Assembly (NCBI GenBank): GCA_040954595.2
Contig: CM082585.2
Coordinates: forward strand, 76,814 to 140,813
Direction of reading: 5' to 3'
Length of the DNA stretch: 64,000 bases
Origin: Balanoglossus misakiensis
Lineage: Eukaryota; Animalia; Hemichordata
Shown in pieces: positions 52,601 to 64,000 of the stretch. Position numbers and translations under genes: made by a program. The notes under the pieces were generated by a model, which worked only from the letters and a program-made list of their open reading frames with translations, was not told where the DNA came from and did not search any database. The number at the start of each line of letters is the position of its first letter. The first letter of the stretch is position 1.

Positions 52601-55600
52601 TTGAGTCAATGAAAATATTCATCATGGCTACGGTAGTGCATATAAGTCTCTTGGTTAGCTGCACAATCACAGGCAACTTTATTGAGACAATATCAATGAC
52701 AAAGCCCAGCGATTTCTACTTTGTGCGGGAAATCTGACACTGGTTTGCTTACGTTCAGCGCACGTGGTTCCGATGAAACAGCGCGGACTCTGGCATCTGA
52801 ACTCGGTGCAGGACACTTGTTTGCAGAATCCACTGTTTAGACAAGGGTTGGGCTGACACGGATTCAAATCTGTGCACAGAAGAGAAAGTGAAATAAATTG
52901 TGTACAGTTAATATTTACTACATATACTTTAAACAGATTTGTGCAGTCAGGGTTGAGTGGTAAAAATCTCAGTTGGTCAACAGAACATCACTGTGACAAA
53001 TTTCTTCCATGTTCAACAAAAGAAACGTAATGAAATTTTGACACAGGTGTAATAGTGTCTTAGTGTACCATACGGTGCAGGTTATTGTTTGGTCAAAAAC
53101 ACAATCCCTTTTTATGGCACACACATTCTTAATAAATTTCCCCAAAATTGTGTCGTTATTCACTGTTTGATACAGGTTGGAAGAAACCAAGCCGATTATG
53201 TGTTATGTTATTATGTTCCTCTTCATCTGAAATTTAAAATCACTCACATGTCTGACATAAATCGCCGGAGTAACAGCTTGTACAGGAGCATGTGAATTCA
53301 GTACACCAATTGGGCGTCAGCACACAGTTTCCACCATTCCGACACTGGATGGGTTGACACTGGTTGACAGCTGTGGGATGTGCAGTCAAGATATTGTCAA
53401 AATTACAGAATCTACAAACTACACTCCACAGTCATGTACATGTATACATGACAACAACCAAAGGGCTGTTTTGAAAAACCAAATGCTGTGAAATCCTTTA
53501 GAGTGTGACAAGAAACCACAGTTGCAACCAAAAAACAAAATAGTGATAACATTAAGCTAGCCCAAAGTTTGAGTTACCAGGGCTTTAATATGTGTACCGT
53601 ACTTATATTATATAATACATAACAAGTGTTTTGCATTGAATAAAGTAATATTGGTTTGTACTTACGCATTGTACATGTGGCACCAGTGAAGCATTCGGTA
53701 CACATACAGTCAAACAGGAAACAGCCGTCTCGTGCAACGCATGTGCCACCATTTTGACAAGGCATAGAGTATAACTGATCAATGGCTGCCAAAACAAAAA
53801 TGAAAGTATCAATTACCTGCTTGTCAAAAACTTGTACATGTACTTGTGATGTTCATTTCGTTTAAATATGTGAGCAATGTCTTCATTCCTTGTTTCAAAC
53901 CTGTACATTTAAAATAACATAATGATGCTATTGCTAGGATTTTTCTGTAAGAATCTTGAAAAATTAAAAAATGTGCCATCAACATGATACAGAAGGCTTT
54001 CCTTTTTAACGTGCACCTCACACTCAATTTTGACCTACATCAGCAAATTTTGAAAGGATGAAACTTAGTAATGCTTCCACCCCATTTATTGGTGTATGGG
54101 TCCATCTATCACATTGAGAATACCAAAAATGAGGGTTTATATACCACGCTGTGTCATAAAACAGTAATTCGACACACCTACGGCACAGATGGCCCCAGTC
54201 CAACACTACTGGCAGTAACAGGTGTAGTCACCTCATGGACACCTCTCTAATCAGAACACCTAGTAAGATTGATTTTTCAAGCCAAATAGTAAGGATAATT
54301 AAGGACGTCTCTTTTACTTAATACTCAGATGTGTGCACCACCTTAGGAGAGATTACCTCACATGCACAATTATCTCTACAGACACTAGTCTTCAAGAGGC
54401 AACTCTTGTATATTTGAGTGATGAAAACATCCAGGTTCGTACACTTCCTCACAAGTTCGTGCCTATCCTAAATTGCACGGACATACAAATGAAATTTCTG
54501 TTTTCTTTTCCTTTCTTTTCTCTTGGGGAAATTTTAGAAATGAGAAGTTACCACACAATTCAATTGCTATGAAGAGAAAGTGCCCAAAAGATTGTCATTT
54601 ACGGTACGTCAGAAACTTACATATTTCACAACGGTTACCCTCATAGCAACCAGTACAGGCACAGGTATATGCCGTGCAGGAGTTGGCCACTGCATTACAT
54701 ACAGCCCCGTTGAGACAGCTGTTTCGCTGGCATGGATCTTGGACTGCAATAAAAAGTGCAACCTATTGTTATCTCAGCAATAGAGCAGTTCATTTACTGA
54801 AACTGCCAGCACCCAATATTATTAATCCATATGTGGAAATCAAATACACCTGCAACAGTTTTAATTTACCATGTGGGTATTTGCATGGAGGGCCATGGTA
54901 TTTGTTATCTACTGATAAAATACCCTTCAAAACAATATCCTCATTTCTTCAGAAGTTTGGCAACAAGACCAATAAAATTTGAAGTTTCACATCAAAATTT
55001 ACAATGCATAAATATGCTTAAAGATCTACGGAATGCAGATTGCTTGTTTGTTTGCAGGGTGTCTTGAAAGTATATACTCACTTGTTTGACCATGATGTTC
55101 TTTTGCATACATTATTTCCAGGTAAATCCCAATAATCCAATTTGCAAATAAACTGTGTATTAACTAACGCAAAGTCTCGCGTTTTGCGTGAAGTTGTCAC
55201 AAACACCTTAGAACATCTCGCAGAAGACGAGAAAAGTGCAACGTGGTTGAACGCAGCGATCATTTATGGAACACATCTGGACAAGTTAAACAGGAATTTG
55301 GCACCTCTGAGTCTGACAGCGTCCAAAACAAGCATCTTTTGTCTAACAGTCCGGGTATTTCACAAGGCTGTGAGCTAACCGTACCGAGGGTTGCCTGGCG
55401 GCCATAGCGCACACATGAAAATCCACCCAGTTTGTTTACAAATTGTTTTCGTGAAATCTGTTTTAATGTTCACGCACTGCGAAATAAAATGCCCCTAAAC
55501 CACACTTTTTATTTCAATGCTTCACACAAACATAAAATTATTAAGAAAAGTGTTAGCGTTACCAAGAAATATGAGTGCCCAGTCGGACATGCAAAAAACA

Positions 55601-56681
55601 TGGATGATTTGTTTACAATTTTTAAATGAAGCTTGTGGCACTAGAAATGACCGTTCAACCGACAGACGAACACCAAACCATAATAATTAGCACAGACATC
55701 GTAATACTTTTAGAATTTTAGAAAAAAACGCAGTGGCTGCTGAAATGCAGGAGTGCCAGTTTGGTGGCAAGTTTTCGCATCACTGGTGGGGTCGACACGT
55801 GCCGAAGTAAGGAAGTCATTGTCCAACTGTCCTGGGTGTTAATTATATGCAAAAGAACATCATCATACAGATAATCCCCAAACCCTTTGATCTTTGCCGC
55901 AGTTGCTCGTCCTTCTTTCTCCATAGATCATGTGGCAGTGACTGTGAGGCAAGGGCTTCCCTTCATGAAATCAAAGACCTGTGTACTGGAGGAGGGTTCC
56001 TTGCAAATGCTTGACTTGACTTCAAGCATACCTGTAGACTCATATGCAAATTTACACTATCTGGCCTGGAGTGAGAATTTCCATAGTGGATGTGCGTTGA
56101 CAAAAGGCAGTAAAATTGGCCAGTCGCGCATAATGTTTCTTGAACTAAGACAATCAAGACATTATGCGCTACGAAAGTGATTTTGATTGGGAAGAGTGTA
56201 ATCTTGCATTCGATGTCAAGAACTCTCCAAGCTCTGCTGTGGTGATGGCTACACCTATGCTCAGGAAACATGCAGTATTTGAATGCATCAGAGACAAAAG
56301 GTAAAAGAGACTGCGCTGTATACTTACATATCTCACACCTATCACCTTTGTAGCAACCAGTACATATGCAGGTGAGATCAAAGCAGGAATTTCGAGCCGG
56401 TTGACAGAAGCCACCATTCTGGCACGGACTTGGTGGACACTGGTTGAGTCCTACAAGGAAAAGGGCAAATTTTCCATGATCATCAATGTCATGTGATTAT
56501 GAATGTATGTAAGTGGCTGAAAAAAATTCCCAGGGGTGAGTTTCCTACAAAAATTGTGATGTGACAAACCGACAAATTAGCATATTAGCATAATCAGAAT
56601 AAATAAAAAAAATGCACAGGTAGTTTAAAAGAACAAACACTTTGGAAACGGAATAGAGCTAAGCTGCTGTCCCTTTCTAAT

Positions 56682-57150
56682 TGTTACTCATTCAAAAATC
56701 ACCTGTCACATCACTCCAATTTTGTATCAGTTGCACTGGCTACCTGTTACAGAGCGTATTGTTTTTAAGATGTTAGTTCTCATTTTTAAATCCATTCATA
56801 AACTTGGTCCAATCTATCTTTCTAGCCTGACTAATCTATATGTTCCGTGTCGCAATTTAAGGTCAGCTGATCAGTTCAAACTCTGCCCTGTTCGATCACG
56901 CACCAAGAGTTATGGTGATCGTGCTTTTACTGTTGCTGCTCCAATTCTTTGGAATAATCTTCCACTCACCATTCGCCAGGCACCAGACTTATCTGTTTTT
57001 AAATCAAATGTTAAAACTTTACTTTTTAAATCTGTTTTTTAGCCATTTGTTGTATTGTACTTTTGCTTTAAGCGTCATTGACCACATTTTTTGTGGATAC
57101 TGACGCTATACAAATAAATTATTATTATTATTATTATTATTAGTATTATT
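56682..57150 (+). mobile_element. L2/CR1-group LINE 3' end, copy 3
   Basis: ORF 56722-57042 plus (ATT)n tail. Confidence 0.9.
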
Positions 57151-60100
57151 TCTATTTTTGTGTTTTTACAACATCAGTGAAGTTTAAATCATAATAAAAA
57201 AAAAATGATAATTATCATTATTAACTGCTATAGATTCAAACTTACTTGTCTCACACCTGGTTCCCTAGTAACACTCTGTGCACATGCCAATGGTGGCAGT
57301 ACAAGAATTTGCCTGTTGTTGGCAGGTACCTCCATTGAGACAAGGACTAGTGAAGCATGGATTAGGAACTGGAAGACAGGAATTCAAAATTTTATACAAC
57401 ACTTACCTATGGTAACACCAGTACACGTTCATTATTTCTCTGTTATGTTTTTATACTGGTGATTTTACTGTTTTTATTACCGATCATATGACTGACTTAA
57501 AGATGATGATGATGAAGATGATGATAATGACTACACCTGCTATTATTACTACAATGTACCTCAGCACTTAGATTTTTTAATAAATGACAAAAGACTGTAC
57601 TCAGGTGTTTCACATGTGAAGCCCAGGTAGCAGCCAGCACATTGACATGTGACGCCTGTACAAGATCCCTGGATTGCTTGGCAAGTACCAGCATTCCGGC
57701 ATGGGTTAAGGTTTGTGTTCGCACGGATTCATTGCTGCAAATGTACACAATATTTACAAAATAAAACAGTATACAACTGTAAGTATTTATAATAATCAAT
57801 TGTGAATATCACACCAATCAAGGCCTTTCAATGCACCCTGATTGCTGAGAGCTGAAATACGTGAACCAACGCGTATTTGTTTTCACTACTATATCACATG
57901 ACATTCTGCATCTCTTTTCCATAGTTGTAGTCTGCACCCAACATTGTATTCCGGGGTAGCACTACACGGAACCCCGAAACTTTTTCGTCATCATCCGAGT
58001 ACTTTTCCCAGCATGCAGTTGCCAAGATGGCTGCACAGGGAGTTTTTAATTTTGCACTGGTATACAATTTTTTTATTCGTCAATTTCACAGACACGTGCA
58101 TTGCACATCAAAATTTTGCGTCAGAAGTGAGGACAACTTAACTAGGTACCAATGCAATGTGGTTTTAGGCGGATTTGAACTTTTCCTTTAATGTAACAGT
58201 TGTATTGACATGCGATTATCATACTGAACATGAATCAATCTCAAAATTGCTAAAAATAAAATAATTCAGAACATTTAGATTCTACAATGGTGAAAAAATA
58301 TGACAAACCTCCCAAAATTCTTATTTTTGAGGCCATTTTACAAAAATCTACGAGCCTGGCAAAATCTGAAAGAGGTGCTAGATAAAGGGCGCTTTTTCAA
58401 AACTCTAGATGGTTGACCCCCAATTTTTATTCCATAGATTAAATGTTTAGAAGTCATAGTATCATTAGTATTAATTTAAACATGATCAGACGACCCTTTA
58501 TTTCGAGGTGCGCAACACCTTAAATATGTTTTTACGACTAAGATGACTACAAACCTGGTAGAAGGGGAGTACATGTTGTTGATGGTCCCAGAGAGTAGGT
58601 TCTTGATGTGCAGGCAAGTGGGTGATGTTGCTGCACACTGACAGCCTGGATCGCAAGGGGTACAGGATACTTCTGTGGCTGTGTCAGCATAATAACTTGA
58701 TGGACAAGGAATGGGGCTGTCTGACCCATCTGGACAGTAGTTACCTACGCCGCAATCAGCACATGTCATGTCTGTAGAATAACAGCAGCTTGTGTAGTGA
58801 GTGTTTTGCCGATATGACAGAGTTCAAGTATGCTTATTTGGTTAAATTTTAAAAGGAATATCACCCGCTGTTTTAGAGTTAATATTGCGAAAGGGACTTC
58901 ATAAGTTGTCTGAAAAACACCAGTTTCCCCAATTTTCACTAATGTATAGGAATACATGAGAAGTCGGCCAGATTAGAAGTCGGCCAGTACGCGCGTATGA
59001 GAAGTCGGCCAGTACGAGAAGTCGGCCAGTTGTTGAACTTGTACCCGAATAGTGCAGTGATGACCCAGATTACTTATAACAACACTTAATAAAATATAAT
59101 TGCACTAAATATTTTCATTTTGACGGATTTCCCAAATTCTTGACAACACAATGGCGTCATTTCAAATAATGGCGTCTGGCATCCGTACCGGTTCCCCAGC
59201 CCCGTATCCGCGTAAGGAGCTTAGGTTGTTCGCCAAATTCCTGTGACATTTCTGATTAAAGGGACAAAGTCTCTCTCGCGCGAACCTTTTTCCATTAATT
59301 ATGTTTGATACAAGACACCGTTCACATTATTCTACATGTGGATATATTGAGAATCCACATTCAACTACAGACAAATTCCATCCCGTTTGTAGGATATGAG
59401 TGTAAAAATCCCGCCAAAATGAATAAATGGTAAACACCGATTATTCATTTTGGCAAGTTTTTCACTCTCGTGTCTACAAGTTGGATTGAAGTTGTGTGTG
59501 GTTGAACGTTGATTCACTATATATCCACATTTAGAATAAATAAATGGTGTCTTGTATCAAATATTATTAATGGAAAAAGGGCAGCGAGAGAGAGACTTTG
59601 TCCCTTTACAGGGAGTTGTTTCAAAGCCTACTAAAATACATAGAAGATGTATGTGTATATGCATACTTTGAGACAACACCAAACAAACAAACGTGACGAG
59701 GAACTGACTACTGGCGCAGCGCAAGAAGTGCAGGTGACTGATGTTGATGTACCCCGGTGACGTACATGCAAAGTGAACAGACAGTTTTAAAATTCATCGG
59801 CTATTTGTACAAATATCTCAGCTCCTGTACATCAAGGAAACATTTCATAGTGAAACAGTTATATATAACACAAAGTACCAGGGTTCTCTCCCACAGGCCG
59901 ACTTGTACTGGCCGATACCGACTTCTCATACTGGTCGACTTCTCAGGACACCATGTATAGCATAGCTGTTGAACTCAAAAAATATGTAAAACTACAAGTG
60001 ATGTAAACAACTTGTGGAACCATGTTCAAATCGAGACCAGAAGAAAAGAGATTTCAAGACTTACCTCCTTCAACACTTTACTGCCCTGTAGCGCACTGTG

Positions 60101-60831
60101 TGACACTTGTAGTTGTGCATTCATAACCAGAAGGACGTGGCCGAACCTAGCGAGTATGAACCTATCACAGAAAAAATTCAAAGAACGATTGGTTTGGTCC
60201 AACGATCCCTTATTAGAGAGATGTCCGTAATCACAGGTGTTACTGTACAATACCTCTTCAGTGGAATCATTGTGTTTTTCAAAGTGCATCACAATATCAA
60301 CTCCAATGAGCATAACAGTTTAATTTTCTGTGTATGTCATGCTATAACACAGGGAAGTCACAAGAGTGATTTGCAGCCCAACTTACCAGTAACTGTTGAA
60401 CAATCCACTACGGGTGACATGGTTGTACACTTGGATCCTGCTGGACAAGGCGTGCATGTGCCATCGCCTTCCATAGCATATTCACCATTGCCACAGTCAA
60501 GCGGATCTTACATTGGATCTGAACACGATTGTCCAGCAGGGCACAGAAGATGGGATGTGCGTGCAGGCTCCTCACTTATTTCATCTGATCAAAGAAAATG
60601 AGGTTTTTAGTGAAGTATTTGTGATACAGTGTCATTTAAAATAACAAATTACTTGAGATGATTCACTTCATAATTCTGAGACAAGTATACAGGCATGTAG
60701 AAAATTCTTTGGAGGACATTAAACGTCATTTCTAATCAACCATTTTCTGAATATCATAAGACTCTGCGAGATCTCACATGGCTAACCGGGTCTCGCAAGA
60801 TCTCGCACTGAGTTGATAATCTGTTGTAAAC

Positions 60832-60866
<35 letters not shown>

Positions 60867-62247
60867 CATAACCCCAGTCGCACTGACTTGAAAATCTGTT
60901 GTAAACACATACAGGCATACAGACATACCCCTCGGTTTCATCACACAGCAAACTGAACAAGTACCACAATCTTACCATTTGTACATCTGGTACAGTTTGT
61001 TGCACTAGCCAATGACACGTAACCCTTGGTACACTTGAATTGCGATGCACTGGGATCTGTGCAGGCGTACCCTTGCTCACAAATAGTACACTGTTCATCA
61101 CCGGCTGATCTGTAAATCAAACAAAGAATTAACACACCAAGTTAACCTTTGAATACCACTGTAAAAAATTGGCGCAAATTATAATTATTTTCATAAATAG
61201 AGGTCTATTCAAATTTGGAAAAAATTGTCATTTTTTCATTCATATATTATATCAGTAAATTTTAAATACAGAAATGGAAAATGTTCCCATCCTATTTTTC
61301 AGTTAGTAAATTACCTGACCTAATATTTGATGTTGGAAATAAAGGTGGGTGGGTAGAAGTTTACCTGTTATGCAAGAGGTACAGCGAGACATCCTTTGTC
61401 CAAGGCCGAACTGTAATAACCAGCCGAGCATAAAATTACAGTGTTACCATTTGGACATCGGTTACCAGCTGGGCAATCAGCACATGATGTTTGTGCTGAA
61501 AATAAACAGAGATTTATAGAATCTTATAGTCACAGTCATACCTTCAAAGACGTGGGATTCTCACGCGGGTTGGGGAGACAAAAATCCCTGGCAAAAGATT
61601 GAGGACAGGAAAATGCCAAACCGGAGATATTGGTAACAGAAACTGTATACAGTCAATGCCATATGGCAGTGTGCTGTTCTAACAACAGACAAGAATGTGA
61701 CGATCATAGTCTGTGTCGGAGATTTGGAAAAGAGCAAATTCGGTGAAAAGACGGGACAAAACAAAAGTCTACTTATACGATGCACATGAAAACTGGATGA
61801 AAGCGAAGCAGTCCACTATTTGAATGCATTGGATGTAAAATTGGCAGAATATTTAGACTGGACGTAATGTTTGTACGCACAGAATTACGCACATGCACAT
61901 AAGATGATCGTCCGCCTTAAGTGAAAGATTACACAGTAATGCCCAAACTTTAAGTGCTGACTCACCCTCTATATTAGTGTAGTATCCATCTTCACACACC
62001 TCTGGCTCCGACATACCATCATATTGGCACTTATACCCAGGGCAGGACAAGGCGTACAGTCTATACTTCCATTGTTGGCAAAATATCCCTGTCCGCATTG
62101 TGTTGGTGATGAGAGGCTGGCTGTTCCACACATGAAACCCTTGGACACAGCGTGCATGCTTCAGAACATGCTGAACTGTAACTTCCAGCTGCGCAGTCCT
62201 GTAGGAGTGAAGACGTCAAATATTAGGGAGGTTTAGGAGCCCTCTAG

Positions 62248-62530
62248 TAGTGGGGCAGTTAACAAAAAAATCGTGCACTTTGGGTTAAAAGCATGAAACT
62301 TGGTAAACTTATGCATTGACCCATGGCGGCCATTTTCTGATATGGATCCAAAATGACAGCGCCCTCTAGTGGCCAGAAACAGACATTCATACTTAAAAAC
62401 CGTGCACTTCGGGTTAAAAGCCTGAAACTTGGTACACTTATGCATTGACCCATGGCGGCCATTTTCTGATATGGATCCAAATGACAGCGCCCTCTTGTGG
62501 CCAGAAACTGACATTCACACTTTGCCCCAT
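62248..62530 (+). mobile_element. Left end of an Academ-like DNA transposon with a 129-bp subterminal tandem duplication
   Basis: Abrupt departure from the unit into TAGTGGGGCAGTTAAC..CGTGCACTTTGGGTTAAAAGCATGAAACTTGG; cgtgcactt recurs at 62272 and 62401. Other end not in the window. Confidence 0.55.
62357..62375 (-). promoter_or_regulatory. CTCF-consensus motif (second copy 62485-62503)
   Basis: Minus strand TGGCCACTAGAGGGCGCTG and TGGCCACAAGAGGGCGCTG match the CTCF core CCACYAGRKGGCR. Confidence 0.55.
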
Positions 62531-62556
62531 TAATGGCACTTTTTGGTCATTTGTAA

Positions 62557-63087
62557 CACTCAGAAACAGGAATGTGGGTTGTAAAACATGCTTGCTACCA
62601 TACATTCATGTGTATATTATCCTAATCCTGATATACATGTATCAGATCAATCTTGATTACATCTTCCTTCACAGTAACAATGACCACTGCTGTCAGACTA
62701 GACCTAAAGCACCTACAGAATCATGTGCATGACTTTTGGCCACTGATTTCCTGAGGTTGACTCTTTTCTTGGGCTTGACTAAGAGTTGTCCAACTTGATT
62801 TCCACTGGGATTCTGTTGGTTTGATATAGCTTTGCTAGGTTTCTCACAGCACATGTTCTTTAGATGCTGCCTGTATTCTCGAGAACCCTTGACTTTCTGG
62901 AGAAGAGGTGTTGTATTACCCCTTTGCATGACTTTGTGTATTGAACTGGTTGTTATTTCGAAGAAGAAATCGTTCAATTAGTAACATACAAGATTGATCT
63001 GATGCATGTACATCAGGATTAGGATAATATTCAAAGGAATGTATGGGAGCAAGCATGTTATACAACCTACATTCCTGTCTCTGAGTG
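62557..63087. mobile_element. piggyBac-like MITE with ~105-bp imperfect TIRs
   Basis: GTAA|cactcagaaacaggaatgtgggttgta..tcagatcaatcttg ... caagattgatctga..tacaacctacattcctgtctctgagtg|TTAA. Confidence 0.7.
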
Positions 63088-63764
63088 TTAACACTTTCAC
63101 TGCGTAGTTAATATATGCTAATGTATTCCTGTGCGTAGTTTCCTATGGTAAATTTAACTAATAAACAATGTTTTACTTTACCCTCTCTATCTCTTGTAAT
63201 ATGAAAGTATATGCAACGATATTTCCAGCAAGTATATTTTATAAGACAACCAACATAATAAAACTGAAAAATGGTCACATGACCATTAATTGGTCATGTG
63301 ACACTGGCAGCCATAATGGATTTCTGTCGAAATATGGTAAAAACAACAGATATTGTAATATAAGTGACTGAAATACTGTATTTAATTCATTGTATCACAG
63401 CTGACAGACAAACATAGTCAAAAACAACTTCCCCCTGTATAAAAGGGAATAACAAGTGACTTTTGAGCAAGAAATTTGATCAAATTTATTAATGGACCAT
63501 AAAAACAATTATCAAATCATGCCCACCATTTACATGTATACATGTTTAAAATCTGAGAAAGAAATATAGATTATTAGTGAAAAGGTGAATGATTGAACTT
63601 GTAAATAAATAATAATAATAAAATAAATTAATTAAGTAATTTATTAAATACTCTACGTTTTAATGAATTGCAAGTTGAAGAAATCAAGGTTGGTAAATAT
63701 GAATATACACACATTTAAAAAAAATTCATTAGCATAGTACTGTTTTGGCAATTCATTTCAAATG

Positions 63765-64000
63765 GATATAATACTCTGACAACATAGACTTCTGGCAAAG
63801 TCCCATCAAGATTTGCAAAGAAACCTACGCCTTCATTTAATTCAGTGAAGTAGGCATCTAGCGAAATCTTGACCGGAAGGGCAACTCATCAATTGCAGGG
63901 TTGTCAAAAAATTGTGCGGTGTACATATCAGTTTGCTCTGACAATGACATCAACTCAAACACATCACCAGGAAAGAACAGCTGAAAAAAGTCAACCGGTG
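63765..64000 (-). pseudogene. piggyBac (PGBD4-like, DDE_Tnp_1_7) transposase relic, running in from the window edge
   Basis: Hand translation PVDFFQLFFPGDVFELMSLSEQTDMYTAQFFD..SRFR*MPTSLN*MKA*VSLQILMGLCQKSMLSEYY matches the PxDFFxLFF..EQTNxYAxQ..EMKAFxxLxILMG..DYW pattern; three stops. Confidence 0.85.

Larger units (their letters stand above)
48156..62198 (-). pseudogene. GCC2/GCC3 + EGF multi-exon pseudogene, copy 3 (one EGF exon deleted)
   Basis: Same exons at offset ~+39990 to +40340; the exon equivalent to 15666-15780 is absent. Confidence 0.88.
44804..62247 (+). repeat. Tandem segmental duplication, copy 3 (interrupted or truncated at 62247)
   Basis: Collinear with copies 1 and 2 up to ggagccctctag (copy-1 equivalent ~22166); unrelated sequence follows. 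Confidence 0.95.

Noticed and set aside
1-64000. Species assignment (hemichordate or other marine deuterostome)
   Set aside because: The repeat landscape is suggestive, but there is no marker gene in the window.

Overview
AT-rich, intron-containing eukaryotic (animal, probably marine invertebrate) DNA, not prokaryotic. Almost the whole window is a head-to-tail tandem triplication of a ~19.5-kb core unit. Taking base 1 as the arbitrary start, copy 1 is 1-23930, copy 2 is 23931-44803 and copy 3 is 44804-62247; they look roughly 98-99% identical by eye. Each copy carries a decayed minus-strand multi-exon gene: 6 exons of CxxCPxGxxC (GCC2/GCC3, ephrin-receptor-like) repeats followed by 11 phase-1 EGF-like exons of an unusual 8-cysteine type. 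Stops and frameshifts shared by all copies show it was inactivated before duplication. Its introns and flanks are full of TE remnants: a Gypsy/Mag LTR-gag-protease fragment with a tRNA-Ser PBS, L2 and L1/Tx1 LINE pieces, P-, MULE-, Kolobok- and piggyBac-like MITEs, and Helentron-like elements. Each copy also has a private feature that can be read against the other copies. Copy 1 has a 4474-bp foldback-type element with TAC..GTA ends and a 6-bp TSD (IS3EU-like). Copy 2 has a 1407-bp CCC..GGG element with a 2-bp TSD (CMC/EnSpm-like). Copy 3 breaks off at 62248 into an Academ-like end carrying two CTCF-consensus motifs, followed by a piggyBac-like MITE and a piggyBac transposase relic. I found no intact protein-coding gene, RNA gene or CRISPR array. 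TE superfamily names come from recalled terminus/TSD rules, not database searches.
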